64,000 nt of DNA from Escherichia coli (GCF_003334305.1 NZ_QOWS01000023.1), one strand, 5' to 3'. Counted from the first letter of the stretch, positions 46,297 to 58,156 are shown. Made by a program: numbers and translations. Notes: a model not told the origin generated them from the sequence alone.

Positions 46297-46617
46297 ATGA
46301 ACGACAGTGAATTTCATCGCCTGGCTGATCAACTCTGGCTGACCATTGAAGAACGCCTGGACGACTGGGATGGCGACAGCGATATCGACTGCGAAATCAA
46401 CGGCGGCGTACTGACCATTACCTTTGAAAACGGCAGCAAAATCATTATTAACCGCCAGGAGCCGCTGCACCAGGTGTGGCTGGCAACCAAACAGGGCGGC
46501 TACCATTTTGACCTAAAAGGCGATGAGTGGATTTGCGATCGCAGCGGCGAAACCTTCTGGGATTTGCTGGAACAGGCGGCGACGCAGCAGGCGGGTGAAA
46601 CAGTCAGTTTCCGCTAA
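46297..46617 (+). CDS. cyaY: Frataxin homologue CyaY, 106 aa
   Basis: Full-length [30 protein letters not shown]... Confidence 0.95.
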
Positions 46618-46656
46618 GATTGCATGCCGGATAAGCCTCGCTTTCCGGCACGTTCA

Positions 46657-49203
46657 TCACGAAAAATACTGCTGTAATAGCGGCGTATCGTGATCCTGAT
46701 TGGCAGGCGGCATGTTACCGATAGATTTTGTGCGGAACGGAATCACCTGTTCACGACCATCAACCTTCACAATCTGATAGAACTGCGGCAGGTTGAAGTT
46801 GATGAAGCTTGAGCCGTAGGTAAAACGGTCATGCGATGACGAGTAGAAGCGACTGACGTCACGTACCAGCTCCTCTTTGCTGCCTTCGCAGTGGTGATAC
46901 ACCTCAACCCGGTTGCTTTCGTCGAGAATGTAGATATTAAAGCCATTCTCGTCTTGCGTTTCTTCGAAAAAGAACTGGATGATCCCTTCGCTGGCAAAGC
47001 CGTCCACCACCGCCGGTAATTTGACGTGATTGGTTTCAACCTGCACTGACAGGCCGTGCAGTTTGTTATGCGAAATCGCGCCATAAAACTCGATGGCGTT
47101 TTCCAGTTTCTGTACCGATACATTCAGGCGTTCGAAGAACAACCCCCAGGTTTGACCAGAAACGCGCAGCGCCTTGAAACGCCCGGTTTCCTGGCGGGTG
47201 CTGGAAAGGCGCAGTTCAATACACTCAGAAACCAGTTGCTGCACGCGAGTACGGATTAAGCCGCGCAGATGCTGGCTATAACAGAAGACTTCCACGCTAT
47301 CTGGCGGTGCGGCGTCCTGATGCATTTTGCCGAGAATAGTTTTCAGGGCTTCGATCATCGATTGCTCGCCGTTGAAGTGCAGCGTACGCACTTCGTTCCA
47401 CGAGTTGCGGTACAGCAGGTCAACGCTACCTACCAGGCAATTTTGATTCTCGCCAAAGCTGAAGACATCCAGCTTACGGAAATCAAAATGCACCACCTGA
47501 TTGCGGAACGCCGCTGTCGGGTCATATTCCAGGTTAACGATAATCGCCAGATGGCGGATCTCACACGGGCTGTAGAGCGCCTTCGGTGTCGGTGCAGGTA
47601 AGCGCAGCGGGAAATGGTGCGACACGTCGGCGACCATCTCCTGCAACTTAGGCAAATCGACAATGCCGTTACCTTTAATATACAAACGGGTGCGCGAGGT
47701 CAGCAGGCCGTTAAACCATGCCCACGCCACCAGTTTGTTCAGGTAACGGTTATATTCCAGCGGCTGATGGCTGATGATCGACTCAATATTTGGCGCGCGG
47801 TTATACAGATACCAACCTGAACGGTTAGCACGGCCCGGCGGCACATAAATAAAGGTCAGATTCGGTTCCGAGAGATCGGGTGAAATCTGCGGGTTTACCA
47901 GCGTCACTTTACCTGGTAATGCTTCAAACGCGGCATACAGCTTACGCGTCAGCACGCCGATATCCTGCGGACTGGCGGAGACGCTAAGGTTATTGCGACG
48001 CGCAAAGCGGATCAGATTACGGTAGCTCTGCATCATCGCGTCGAGCAACTCGTTGTGCGCCTCACGCACCTGATCAATCTTCCAGTTAGCGCGGTTATCG
48101 AGCATTGCCAGACGAGCTTCGTCCCAACCCCACTCGCTCACTAACTGGCTCAACACTGCGCGACGCCAGCCTACGCAGGCGCGTTCACGGCTGAGCTTTT
48201 CGCACACTTTTAAATAGAAGCAGCGACGTACTAAATCCAGACGGGTAAAATCTTCAATCGCCGTCAGGTATTCAGTAACACGCTCCAGCATCATGCAGTA
48301 TGGATCGAGACCAAACGATACAATCTCGCCGTCGTGCAAACGCTGTTTGATATCTTTCGCCAGCAGACGTGGGTTCGGGTATTCCCAGGAATAGGCTTCC
48401 AGCAGCAGTGTTTTCAGTACCGCTTTGTATGGGGAATCGATACTCTTGTAGAGCTGCCAGAGGCTGGCACCAAAGTACTCTTCAGCAGAAAGCGAGCTTA
48501 AGCCACCGAGATCCAGCCATTCATTTGGCGTCAGCACGCCCTGCGCGTAAAGCGTCATCACATAGTCGTCGTAATGCTCTTCTTCGTCGCACGGCACCAT
48601 ATTCCACAGAATACGCTTACCGGCGAGACGCACGGCGGTACGATAAAATTCGTCAAGCAGCAGTATATGCTGGGTGGAGCCACAATCTTCGCCCCCCAGG
48701 CTGCCGCTTTCATTATGACGGAAGCGGTTTTCATCAATCAGGAAGAAGCTGACTTCCACACCCAGCGAGGCGGCCCAGCTTTCCAGCAGACTACATTTAC
48801 GTTGTAGTAACTGGCGCTCTTCGCTATCGAGCCAGGATTGATGACAGACCCAGATATCCAGGTCAGAGGAACAACTTTGCCCTACGGACGAGGTGCTGCC
48901 CATGGTGTATACACCAGTAATTGGAAGCTCACCTTTCGGTGGGTCCTGTACTGACATTCCACGATACAGTTCAAGCTCGTTCAGGTAGTGGCGTTGAGTT
49001 TCATCAGGCGTGTAAAGGCAAATGCCTTTGGGAACGTTACCATCAAGGTAACCCGGCATTAGCGGATGGTGATAGTGCAACAATGTCGGCAGTAGACTGT
49101 AGACCTGTTGGAATGCAGGCCCCATAGCAGCAAGCGCGCGATCCACACGCAATTGATTTATGGCATCCAGTCTCTGTTTCAGAGTCTCAATATAGAGGTA
49201 CAA
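46657..49203 (-). CDS. cyaA: Adenylate cyclase, 848 aa, TTG start
   Basis: Full-length ORF; first codon is TTG, as known for cyaA. Confidence 0.95.
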   Translation of the reverse strand: MYLYIETLKQRLDAINQLRVDRALAAMGPAFQQVYSLLPTLLHYHHPLMPGYLDGNVPKGICLYTPDETQRHYLNELELYRGMSVQDPPKGELPITGVYTMGSTSSVGQSCSSDLDIWVCHQSWLDSEERQLLQRKCSLLESWAASLGVEVSFFLIDENRFRHNESGSLGGEDCGSTQHILLLDEFYRTAVRLAGKRILWNMVPCDEEEHYDDYVMTLYAQGVLTPNEWLDLGGLSSLSAEEYFGASLWQLYKSIDSPYKAVLKTLLLEAYSWEYPNPRLLAKDIKQRLHDGEIVSFGLDPYCMMLERVTEYLTAIEDFTRLDLVRRCFYLKVCEKLSRERACVGWRRAVLSQLVSEWGWDEARLAMLDNRANWKIDQVREAHNELLDAMMQSYRNLIRFARRNNLSVSASPQDIGVLTRKLYAAFEALPGKVTLVNPQISPDLSEPNLTFIYVPPGRANRSGWYLYNRAPNIESIISHQPLEYNRYLNKLVAWAWFNGLLTSRTRLYIKGNGIVDLPKLQEMVADVSHHFPLRLPAPTPKALYSPCEIRHLAIIVNLEYDPTAAFRNQVVHFDFRKLDVFSFGENQNCLVGSVDLLYRNSWNEVRTLHFNGEQSMIEALKTILGKMHQDAAPPDSVEVFCYSQHLRGLIRTRVQQLVSECIELRLSSTRQETGRFKALRVSGQTWGLFFERLNVSVQKLENAIEFYGAISHNKLHGLSVQVETNHVKLPAVVDGFASEGIIQFFFEETQDENGFNIYILDESNRVEVYHHCEGSKEELVRDVSRFYSSSHDRFTYGSSFINFNLPQFYQIVKVDGREQVIPFRTKSIGNMPPANQDHDTPLLQQYFS

Positions 49204-49589
49204 GACGTATCGCCTGATTTGCTACCCGTCATGACTGTGATTCCGCCAACATCAACGGTAACACGCGGCATTCGGGATATTTCGTATGTCAAAGGTAACC
49301 GTTACCACTTTTCGCGCCTGGTTTTTTTAGTTTCACGACGAAAAAATGGTCTAAAACGTGATCAATTTAACACCTTGCTGATTGACCGTAAAGAAAGATG
49401 CGCTACATACAAGTGTAGCACCGTTTATTCTCTGTAAATTCCTTATTACGACGGCGTGAAACGCCTGTCAGGATCCACTGCCAGACCTCATTTTACGGTT
49501 TGCGCAGGCGTCTACGTTTCACCACAACACTGACATCACTCTGGCAAGGATGTTAGGATGGACCACGGATGATAATGACGGTAACAAGC

Positions 49590-50531
49590 ATGTTAGACAA
49601 TGTTTTAAGAATTGCCACACGCCAAAGCCCACTTGCACTCTGGCAGGCACACTATGTCAAAGACAAGTTGATGGCGAGCCATCCGGGCCTGGTGGTTGAA
49701 CTGGTACCGATGGTGACGCGCGGCGATGTGATTCTTGATACGCCGCTGGCGAAAGTAGGCGGAAAAGGCTTATTTGTAAAAGAGCTGGAAGTCGCGCTCC
49801 TGGAGAATCGCGCCGATATCGCCGTACATTCAATGAAAGATGTGCCGGTTGAATTCCCGCAAGGTCTGGGGTTGGTCACTATTTGTGAGCGTGAAGATCC
49901 TCGCGATGCCTTTGTGTCCAATAATTATGACAGTCTGGATGCGTTACCGGCAGGCAGTATCGTCGGGACGTCCAGTTTACGTCGCCAGTGCCAACTGGCT
50001 GAACGCCGCCCGGATCTGATTATCCGCTCCCTGCGCGGCAACGTCGGCACTCGCCTGAGCAAACTAGATAACGGCGAATACGATGCCATCATTCTTGCCG
50101 TAGCCGGACTAAAACGTTTAGGTCTGGAGTCCCGCATTCGCGCCGCGTTACCACCCGAGATTTCTCTTCCGGCGGTAGGACAAGGTGCAGTCGGTATTGA
50201 ATGCCGCCTTGATGATACGCGCACTCGCGAGCTGCTTGCCGCGCTGAATCACCACGAAACTGCACTGCGCGTTACCGCAGAACGCGCCATGAATACCCGT
50301 CTCGAAGGTGGATGTCAGGTGCCAATTGGTAGCTACGCCGAGCTTATTGATGGTGAAATCTGGCTGCGTGCGCTGGTCGGCGCGCCGGACGGTTCGCAGA
50401 TTATTCGCGGTGAACGCCGCGGTGCGCCGCAAAATGCCGAACAAATGGGGATTTCGCTGGCAGAAGAGCTACTGAATAACGGCGCGCGCGAGATCCTCGC
50501 TGAAGTCTATAACGGAGACGCCCCGGCATGA
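49590..50531 (+). CDS. hemC: Porphobilinogen deaminase (hydroxymethylbilane synthase), 313 aa
   Basis: ORF track 49569-50531; start at 49590 ([20 protein letters not shown]...). Confidence 0.93.
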   Translation: MLDNVLRIATRQSPLALWQAHYVKDKLMASHPGLVVELVPMVTRGDVILDTPLAKVGGKGLFVKELEVALLENRADIAVHSMKDVPVEFPQGLGLVTICEREDPRDAFVSNNYDSLDALPAGSIVGTSSLRRQCQLAERRPDLIIRSLRGNVGTRLSKLDNGEYDAIILAVAGLKRLGLESRIRAALPPEISLPAVGQGAVGIECRLDDTRTRELLAALNHHETALRVTAERAMNTRLEGGCQVPIGSYAELIDGEIWLRALVGAPDGSQIIRGERRGAPQNAEQMGISLAEELLNNGAREILAEVYNGDAPA

Positions 50532-51268
50532 GTATCCTGGTCACCCGCCCGTCTCCCGCTGGAGAAGAGTTAGTGAGCCGTCTGCGCACACTGGGGCAGG
50601 TGGCCTGGCATTTTCCGCTGATTGAGTTTTCTCCGGGTCGACAATTACCGCAACTTGCTGATCAACTGGCGGCGCTGGGGGAGAGCGATCTGTTGTTTGC
50701 CCTCTCGCAACACGCGGTTGCTTTTGCCCAATCACAGCTGCATCAGCAAGATCGTAAATGGCCCCGACTACCTGATTATTTCGCCATTGGACGCACCACC
50801 GCACTGGCGCTACATACCGTAAGCGGACAGAAGATTCTCTACCCGCAGGATCGGGAAATCAGCGAAGTCTTGCTACAATTACCTGAATTACAAAATATTG
50901 CGGGCAAACGTGCGCTGATATTACGTGGCAATGGCGGTCGTGAGCTAATTGGGGATACCCTGACAGCGCGCGGTGCTGAGGTCACTTTTTGTGAATGTTA
51001 TCAACGATGCGCAATCCATTACGATGGTGCAGAAGAAGCGATGCGCTGGCAATCCCGCGAGGTGACGATGGTCGTTGTTACCAGCGGTGAAATGTTGCAG
51101 CAACTCTGGTCGCTGATCCCACAATGGTATCGTGAGCACTGGTTACTACACTGTCGACTATTGGTCGTCAGTGAGCGTTTGGCGAAACTCGCCCGGGAAC
51201 TGGGCTGGCAAGACATTAAGGTCGCCGATAACGCTGACAACGATGCGCTTTTACGGGCATTACAATAA
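50528..51268 (+). CDS. hemD: Uroporphyrinogen-III synthase, 246 aa
   Basis: 4-bp overlap with hemC; full-length. Confidence 0.93.
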   Translation: MSILVTRPSPAGEELVSRLRTLGQVAWHFPLIEFSPGRQLPQLADQLAALGESDLLFALSQHAVAFAQSQLHQQDRKWPRLPDYFAIGRTTALALHTVSGQKILYPQDREISEVLLQLPELQNIAGKRALILRGNGGRELIGDTLTARGAEVTFCECYQRCAIHYDGAEEAMRWQSREVTMVVVTSGEMLQQLWSLIPQWYREHWLLHCRLLVVSERLAKLARELGWQDIKVADNADNDALLRALQ

Positions 51269-51289
51269 CTCTCATAACAGGAAGCCATA

Positions 51290-52537
51290 ATGACGGAACA
51301 AGAAAAAACCTCCGCCGTGGTTGAAGAGACCAGGGAGGCCGTGGACACCACGTCACAACCTGTCGCAACAGAAAAAAAGAGTAAGAACAATACCGCATTG
51401 ATTCTCAGCGCGGTGGCTATCGCTATTGCTCTGGCGGCGGGCGTCGGTTTGTATGGCTGGGGTAAACAACAGGCCGTCAATCAGACCGCCACCAGCGATG
51501 CCCTGGCTAACCAACTGACGGCATTGCAAAAAGCCCAGGAGAGCCAAAAAGCCGAGCTGGAAGGCATTATTAAGCAACAAGCTGCACAGCTTAAGCAGGC
51601 GAATCGTCAGCAAGAAACGCTGGCAAAACAGTTGGATGAAGTCCAACAAAAGGTCGCCACCATTTCCGGCAGCGATGCTAAAACCTGGCTGCTGGCTCAG
51701 GCCGATTTTCTGGTGAAACTCGCCGGACGGAAGCTGTGGAGCGATCAGGACGTCACGACCGCTGCAGCGTTGCTGAAAAGTGCAGATGCCAGCCTGGCGG
51801 ATATGAATGACCCGAGTCTGATTACCGTTCGTCGGGCAATTACCGATGATATCGCCAGCCTTTCTGCAGTTTCGCAGGTGGATTATGACGGCATCATCCT
51901 TAAGCTTAATCAGCTTTCAAATCAGGTAGATAACCTGCGTCTGGCCGATAATGACAGCGATGGTTCGCCGATGGATTCCGACGGTGAAGAGCTTTCCAGT
52001 TCCATCAGCGAATGGCGTATCAATCTGCAAAAAAGCTGGCAGAACTTTATGGACAACTTCATTACGATTCGCCGTCGTGATGACACCGCCGTACCGCTGT
52101 TAGCGCCAAATCAGGATATCTATCTGCGCGAAAATATTCGCTCTCGCCTGCTGGTCGCAGCACAAGCTGTACCGCGTCACCAGCAAGAGACTTATCGCCA
52201 GGCGCTGGAGAACGTCTCCACCTGGGTACGTGCTTACTACGATACTGATGATGCCACCACCAAAGCGTTCCTCGACGAGGTAGACCAGTTAAGCCAGCAA
52301 AATATCTCGATGGATCTTCCGGAAACCCTGCAAAGCCAGGCGATGCTGGAAAAACTGATGCAGACTCGCGTGCGTAACCTGCTGGCACAACCGGCAGCGG
52401 GGACAACGGAAGCTAAACCTGCACCTGCACCTGCACCTGCACCTGCACCTGCACCTGCACCTGCACCTGCACCTGCACCTGCACCTGCACCTGCACCGCA
52501 AGGTGATACTCCGGCAGCCGCGCCGCAAGGAGAATAA
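51290..52537 (+). CDS. hemX: HemX (415 aa here) with a C-terminal (Pro-Ala)13 tract
   Basis: Full-length ORF in the hemCDXY operon; I recall ~393 aa in K-12, so the tract appears expanded. Confidence 0.92.
   Translation: MTEQEKTSAVVEETREAVDTTSQPVATEKKSKNNTALILSAVAIAIALAAGVGLYGWGKQQAVNQTATSDALANQLTALQKAQESQKAELEGIIKQQAAQLKQANRQQETLAKQLDEVQQKVATISGSDAKTWLLAQADFLVKLAGRKLWSDQDVTTAAALLKSADASLADMNDPSLITVRRAITDDIASLSAVSQVDYDGIILKLNQLSNQVDNLRLADNDSDGSPMDSDGEELSSSISEWRINLQKSWQNFMDNFITIRRRDDTAVPLLAPNQDIYLRENIRSRLLVAAQAVPRHQQETYRQALENVSTWVRAYYDTDDATTKAFLDEVDQLSQQNISMDLPETLQSQAMLEKLMQTRVRNLLAQPAAGTTEAKPAPAPAPAPAPAPAPAPAPAPAPAPAPQGDTPAAAPQGE
52418..52495 (+). repeat. Perfect hexanucleotide tandem repeat (CCTGCA)x13 inside hemX, in frame
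   Basis: Direct reading of the sequence; 78 bp, no interruptions. Confidence 0.95.
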
Positions 52538-52539
52538 CC

Positions 52540-53736
52540 ATGCTAAAAGTGTTATTACTCTTTGTTTTGCTGATTGCGGGGATAGTGGTTGGCCCGATGA
52601 TTGCCGGTCATCAGGGTTACGTGCTGATCCAGACTGACAACTACAATATCGAAACCAGCGTCACGGGCCTGGCGATTATTTTGATTCTGGCGATGGTAGT
52701 GCTGTTTGCCATTGAGTGGCTACTGCGGCGGATCTTCCGCACAGGCGCACACACCCGTGGGTGGTTTGTCGGACGTAAGCGTCGCCGTGCCCGTAAGCAG
52801 ACCGAACAGGCGCTGCTGAAACTGGCGGAAGGCGATTATCAGCAAGTTGAAAAGCTGATGGCGAAAAATGCCGATCACGCGGAACAACCGGTGGTGAACT
52901 ATCTACTGGCTGCCGAAGCCGCGCAACAACGTGGTGATGAAGCACGCGCCAACCAACATCTGGAACGCGCAGCAGAGCTGGCCGGCAATGACACCATTCC
53001 GGTAGAAATCACCCGTGTACGTCTGCAACTGGCCCGTAATGAAAACCATGCTGCACGCCACGGCGTGGATAAGCTGCTGGAAGTTACGCCACGCCATCCG
53101 GAAGTATTACGTCTGGCGGAACAGGCGTATATCCGCACAGGTGCATGGAGTTCTCTGCTGGATATCATCCCATCAATGGCGAAAGCCCATGTTGGTGATG
53201 AAGAACATCGTGCAATGCTGGAACAACAGGCATGGATTGGCCTGATGGATCAGGCGCGTGCCGATAACGGTAGTGAAGGTTTGCGTAACTGGTGGAAAAA
53301 CCAAAGCCGGAAAACGCGTCATCAGGTAGCGTTGCAGGTGGCAATGGCGGAACATCTTATTGAATGTGACGATCATGATACTGCCCAGCAAATTATCATC
53401 GATGGCCTGAAACGCCAGTACGACGATCGCCTACTGCTGCCGATTCCTCGACTGAAAACCAACAATCCGGAACAGCTGGAAAAAGTGCTGCGCCAGCAGA
53501 TCAAAAACGTCGGCGATCGCCCGCTGTTGTGGAGCACACTGGGCCAGTCACTGATGAAGCACGGAGAATGGCAGGAAGCATCGCTCGCCTTCCGCGCGGC
53601 GCTGAAACAACGTCCGGACGCCTACGATTACGCATGGCTTGCCGACGCGCTGGACAGACTGCACAAGCCGGAAGAAGCTGCAGCGATGCGTCGCGACGGT
53701 TTGATGTTAACGTTGCAGAACAACCCACCACAGTAG
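52540..53736 (+). CDS. hemY: HemY, 398 aa (TPR-like inner membrane protein)
   Basis: Full-length ORF 2 bp after hemX. Confidence 0.93.
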   Translation: MLKVLLLFVLLIAGIVVGPMIAGHQGYVLIQTDNYNIETSVTGLAIILILAMVVLFAIEWLLRRIFRTGAHTRGWFVGRKRRRARKQTEQALLKLAEGDYQQVEKLMAKNADHAEQPVVNYLLAAEAAQQRGDEARANQHLERAAELAGNDTIPVEITRVRLQLARNENHAARHGVDKLLEVTPRHPEVLRLAEQAYIRTGAWSSLLDIIPSMAKAHVGDEEHRAMLEQQAWIGLMDQARADNGSEGLRNWWKNQSRKTRHQVALQVAMAEHLIECDDHDTAQQIIIDGLKRQYDDRLLLPIPRLKTNNPEQLEKVLRQQIKNVGDRPLLWSTLGQSLMKHGEWQEASLAFRAALKQRPDAYDYAWLADALDRLHKPEEAAAMRRDGLMLTLQNNPPQ

Positions 53737-53746
53737 TTCCTTCTCA

Positions 53747-53768
53747 CCCGGAGGCAAGCACCTCCGGG
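53747..53768 (+). terminator. Putative hairpin terminator downstream of hemY
   Basis: CCCGGAGG-CAAGCAC-CTCCGGG hairpin followed by a weak T tract (ACCTTTCTG). Confidence 0.4.
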
Positions 53769-53783
53769 ACCTTTCTGATGCAT

Positions 53784-53990
53784 AAAAAAACGCCTGCTCT
53801 TATTACGGAGCAGGCGTTAAAACAGGTCTGTATGACAACAAGTGGGTGCTTCACTCAACGTTGTGTCCATGGTGTCTGATGAGGCATAAGCGACATCTGT
53901 CAGTGGACGATAAGCACCGTAAACGGCTCTGCGTCATTCCGGAGTTTATGAGGCACTAAGGCGAACATAAGAGATGGAATGAGCATCTAC
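53784..53990 (-). ncRNA. glmZ: GlmZ small regulatory RNA (~207 nt)
   Basis: Lies in the hemY-aslA intergenic region where glmZ is located in K-12; minus strand begins GTAGATGCTCATTCCATCTC and ends with a GC-rich hairpin plus U7; an extended -10 (TGgCATAAT) precedes the 5' end. Confidence 0.8.
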
Positions 53991-53996
53991 CCGTTT

Positions 53997-54005
53997 ATTA
54001 TGCCA
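53997..54005 (-). promoter_or_regulatory. Extended -10 promoter element (TGgCATAAT) for glmZ
   Basis: Hexamer CATAAT at -12 to -7 with TG at -15/-14 relative to the inferred 5' end at 53990. Confidence 0.55.
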
Positions 54006-54414
54006 CAGAGAATCGGGAAATAACATCCCTTAACACTTGTTATGAGATAATTCTGTAATCCTCTTTGCTTCCTGAGTAATAACTTCCTGAGTGAATATTT
54101 AACCTGAGCTTGATCCTACACATACTTATTATGAATGATAAAATTCATTCAATTAATAACACATATATTAATTGCCGTTAAAACTAAAAAAAGCATCAAT
54201 AATCAACGCGATATAATAAACCTGCCTTACATATCAACTGCGCCAGAGGTAGGATTGAAAACGCTCTCCTGATTTTCCAATTCATTTTCTGGATAAATAA
54301 ATAATTTATTTTTGTCACTATTATTTATGTAATCATCCTGTCAGGGAGAGGGATCTCAATTATCAATGCTTAATTACGTCATCATTTTGATGACATGAAA
54401 CCGGAGCATTTTGC

Positions 54415-54576
54415 ATGGAATTTTCGTTTTCACCCAAACTTCTTGTTGTTGCTGTCGCCGCCGCTCTTCCTCTCATGGCCAGCGCAGCAGATACCCCGTC
54501 AACTGCCACCGCACGCAAAGGCTTTGCCGGATACGATCACCCAAACCAGTATCCACAGAACGCTGCAATTTATTGA
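54415..54576 (+). pseudogene. aslA: aslA (arylsulfatase) remnant: 53-codon ORF with signal peptide only
   Basis: [29 protein letters not shown]... stops after 53 codons; only 83 bp separate its stop from the convergent aslB 3' end, whereas K-12 aslA is ~551 aa (from memory). Confidence 0.65.
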
Positions 54577-54589
54577 ATTTGCACGATCA

Positions 54590-54627
<38 letters not shown>

Positions 54628-54659
54628 CAACCGCAGGCGGCCACAAAATGGCCGCTTTT

Positions 54660-55895
54660 TTACTTATTCACCACCAGCAAATGTGCCTGCATAATGTCAC
54701 TGGCCGGGCGACCGTGCGCCAGCAAATCAGCCATTGCTTTAAGATATGGCGGTAGATGGCGGAAATAACGCTGATACCCGGCACACAAATAATTCAGCCC
54801 CGGTTTGCCGCTGGCATCGAGCATGAAGCGGTGTTTCGGGCAGCCTCCCCAGCACGCTTTTAACACGTTACAACTGCGACACTGCGCCGGTAATTGCTTA
54901 AATTTATCTTCACCAAACACCTGCTGTTGCGGGGAATCGATCATTTCTGCAATTGTTTGCTGATGCATATTCCCCAGCCGATATTGCGGATAAACATAGT
55001 GATCGCAGGCGTAAACGTCGCCGTTGTGCTCAACAATCACCGAGCGCCCACAGGTTGGCTGATGATGGCAAACCGCACCCGGCGCACCGACAAAATTGGC
55101 AAACGCCCATTCGATATTCATCACGAAAATCTTGCCGACGTCGCGTTTGATCCAGTGGTCGAATATCGCCACCAGAAATTCACCAAATTCATCGGGGCGC
55201 ACCGACCATTCCTTCAGTTCCCCCTGAATATCACCAGGCGCATGTAGTTTCAGTCCATCGCTGGCAGCTGTTTCATCAGCCAGGCGCTCGACCACCGGAA
55301 TAAACTGGATGAATTCGACTCCCGCATCGCACAAAAAATCATAAACCTGCAACGGTTGCTGCGCGCTGGTGCGGTTGACGCAGACCAGCACGTTATAGTC
55401 GACATGATGTTTTTGCAGCAGCGTCAGGGCACGCATCACCAGCTTATGCGTTGGTCTGCCACCTTTGGTCACGCGATATTGATTGTGGATCTCAGCCGGA
55501 CCGTCCAGCGATAACCCAACAAGAAAATGATTTTCTGCCAGAAATGCACACCATTTATCATCGAGCAGCACGCCGTTAGTCTGGAAGCTGTTACTTATCT
55601 TCCTGCCAGCACCGTATTTCGCCTGTAACTTTACGGCACGGCGGTAAAAATCCAGCCCGAGTAACGTTGGTTCGCCGCCCTGCCAGGTAAAAGCCACTTC
55701 GTTTTGCGGTTCGCTGGCAGCGATATAGTGACGGACATACGCTTCCAGCGTGTCATCGTCCATATGCGTGACTGGCTTTTCGCGGTAAAGGGATTGTTTT
55801 TCGAGATAAAAACAGTAGTCACAGTTCAGATTACAATCGGAACCACTCGGTTTCGCCATCACATGAAAAGCACGCGTTGGAACCTGTTGCAGCAT
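54660..55895 (-). CDS. aslB: Anaerobic sulfatase-maturating enzyme homologue (radical SAM), 411 aa
   Basis: ORF track 54660-55925; start at 55895 (MLQQVPTRAFHVMAKPSG...); CxxxCxxC radical-SAM motif CNLNCDYC. Confidence 0.9.
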   Translation of the reverse strand: MLQQVPTRAFHVMAKPSGSDCNLNCDYCFYLEKQSLYREKPVTHMDDDTLEAYVRHYIAASEPQNEVAFTWQGGEPTLLGLDFYRRAVKLQAKYGAGRKISNSFQTNGVLLDDKWCAFLAENHFLVGLSLDGPAEIHNQYRVTKGGRPTHKLVMRALTLLQKHHVDYNVLVCVNRTSAQQPLQVYDFLCDAGVEFIQFIPVVERLADETAASDGLKLHAPGDIQGELKEWSVRPDEFGEFLVAIFDHWIKRDVGKIFVMNIEWAFANFVGAPGAVCHHQPTCGRSVIVEHNGDVYACDHYVYPQYRLGNMHQQTIAEMIDSPQQQVFGEDKFKQLPAQCRSCNVLKACWGGCPKHRFMLDASGKPGLNYLCAGYQRYFRHLPPYLKAMADLLAHGRPASDIMQAHLLVVNK

Positions 55896-56020
55896 GGTCA
55901 CTCCTTGCCTGAAGTCATCCTTCAATACGTTAAGGGCGAAATCATACCGTGGGGCAATGAGTTATTACGGGCGTTTATTGCGAAGGGAGGGTGACGAAAT
56001 GCACAGAAAACAAAAAACCC

Positions 56021-56041
56021 CGCCGAAGCGGGGTTCAAAAT
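56021..56041 (-). terminator. Rho-independent terminator of the tRNA operon
   Basis: Minus strand reads CCCCGC-TTCG-GCGGGG hairpin then TTTTTTG, immediately 3' of proM. Confidence 0.8.
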
Positions 56042-56118
56042 TGGTCGGCGAGAGAGGATTCGAACCTCCGACCCACTGGTCCCAAACCAGTTGCGCTACC
56101 AAGCTGCGCTACTCGCCG
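56042..56118 (-). tRNA. proM: tRNA-Pro (anticodon UGG)
   Basis: Reverse complement gives CGGCGAGTAGCGCAGCTTGGTAGCGCAACTGGTTTGGGACCAGTGGGTCGGAGGTTCGAATCCTCTCTCGCCGACCA. Confidence 0.93.
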
Positions 56119-56160
56119 AAATACTGCTTTTTGAATTTTTAGTTCAATTCTTTAAAGTCG

Positions 56161-56247
56161 TGGTGCGAGGGGGGGGACTTGAACCCCCACGTCCGTAAGG
56201 ACACTAACACCTGAAGCTAGCGCGTCTACCAATTCCGCCACCTTCGC
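56161..56247 (-). tRNA. leuT: tRNA-Leu (anticodon CAG), 87 nt with long variable arm
   Basis: Reverse complement gives GCGAAGGTGGCGGAATTGGTAGACGCGCTAGCTTCAGGTGTTAGTG...CCCCCCCTCGCACCA. Confidence 0.93.
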
Positions 56248-56267
56248 ATTGTCACAACTTCTAATAA

Positions 56268-56344
56268 TGGGGTGGCTAATGGGATTCGAACCCACGACAA
56301 CTGGAATCACAATCCAGGGCTCTACCAACTGAGCTATAGCCACC
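56268..56344 (-). tRNA. hisR: tRNA-His (anticodon GUG)
   Basis: Reverse complement gives GGTGGCTATAGCTCAGTTGGTAGAGCCCTGGATTGTGATTCCAGTTGTCGTGGGTTCGAATCCCATTAGCCACCCCA with the extra 5' G. Confidence 0.93.
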
Positions 56345-56401
56345 ACTACAAATCTTGTTACGCGGTATTACTACCACCGCAGCTCAAGCGCCGGGACTAA
56401 A

Positions 56402-56478
<77 letters not shown>

Positions 56479-56580
56479 TTAGCGCCGTTGCGGGGGTGGA
56501 TAATACGGACTTCCCACCCCTCTGTCTAGTCCCTTTTTAAATAAATTGCGCGTTTGGTTACGGTTTGTGCGTTTTGCTGC

Positions 56581-57966
56581 TTATTCCTCCAGTTTATGCG
56601 CTTTCCCGTGGCGATTAAGGCCAAAAACTTTATAAATCGCCGTCACCGCCAGCATAAAGATGATGCCAACAAACAGCGACATACGCGTATCTTCATTAAA
56701 GTACATGCCGATCAAAACGCAAATCAGGAATGCCATTGTTACGTAGTTGGCCCACGGGAACAGGATTGAGCGGAACGGATGGCTGGCAATCGCCGCTTTA
56801 TGTGCACGCCGAAAACGCAGCTGGCTTATCAATATCACAAACCATGGCACCATCCCCGGAAGCACGCTGGCACTGTAGACGTAGACAAACACACGCTGCG
56901 GATTGGGAATGATGTAGTTCAGGCATGAGCCAATTAGCAGAATAGCAATAGATACTGCCACACCCGCAACGGGTACGCCGTGACGGGAAACTTTCGCCAT
57001 CGCCGCCGGTAACTGACGGTTTTTCGCCAGTGCGTAGAGCATACGTCCGCAACTGTACATGCCGCTGTTACAGCCAGAGAGCGCAGCCGTCAGCACCACA
57101 AAGTTGATAATGCCCGCCGCTGCGGTAATACCGATTTTGGCAAAAGTCAGTACGAACGGGCTGCCGTTGCTGCCTATTTCATTCCACGGGAAGATGGTGA
57201 CGATAACGAAAATCGCGCCTACGTAGAAAATCAGGATCCGCCACAGCACCTTGCCTACGGCACTGCGCAGCGTCACCTGCGGATTCTTCGCTTCACCGGC
57301 AGTAATGCCAATCAGCTCCACGCCCTGGTAGGACGCCACCACAATACACAGCGCGGTCAGGAACCCTTTCCAGCCACCCGCAAAGAAACCGCCATGCTCT
57401 GTGAGATTGCTAAAACCAATCGACTGCCCGCCATTGCCAAAGCCAAAGAAAATCACGCCCAGGCCAATGACAATCATCACGATAATCGTGGTGACTTTGA
57501 TCATCGCGAACCAGAACTCGATTTCGCCGTACAACCGCACCGCCGCCAGATTCGCCAACGCCACCAGCGCCACTGCGATCAATGCGGGTATCCACTGCGC
57601 CATCTCCGGGAACCAGAACTGGACATAAACGCCAATGGCGGTGATTTCTGAGATCCCCACCGCCATCCACATAAACCAATAAGACCAGGCGGTGAGATAA
57701 CCAAAGAACGGGCTCATATAACGATGCGCATAAACGGCGAACGAACCGGTAACCGGTTCGAGGAACAACATTTCGCCCATTGAACGCATGATGAAAAAGA
57801 CGAATAGCCCGGCGATGATATAGGCCAACAATACGGATGGCCCGGCCCATTTCAAGGTACTGGCGGCCCCCATAAACAGGCCGACGCCAATGGTGCCCCC
57901 CAGGGCGATGAGTTCGATATGTCGAGCTTCCAGCCCACGCTGTAGCTCTGGTTTGTTATCTGCCAT
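56581..57966 (-). CDS. yifK: APC-family amino-acid permease YifK, 461 aa
   Basis: Full-length polytopic ORF recognised as YifK. Confidence 0.9.
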
Positions 57967-58156
57967 AAATCCTCGTGTTGTGTTTGCATGCTTTCCGGTG
58001 TTACCGGTTATCGTTATGGGTACATCGAGTGTTGCGAATGTTTTCGTAATTCAGGAGAAATGGCAAATAAAGCATTAAAAATTTGAATGCTTTGTGTAAT
58101 AAAAAAGCAGGCAGGCGACGAAGTGACCACTCCGTCGCTTTACAAAGAGAGGAAAA

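Noticed and set aside
52418-52495. Possible CRISPR array or mobile repeat
   Set aside because: The unit is only 6 bp with no spacers, and it is in frame inside hemX; it is a coding microsatellite.
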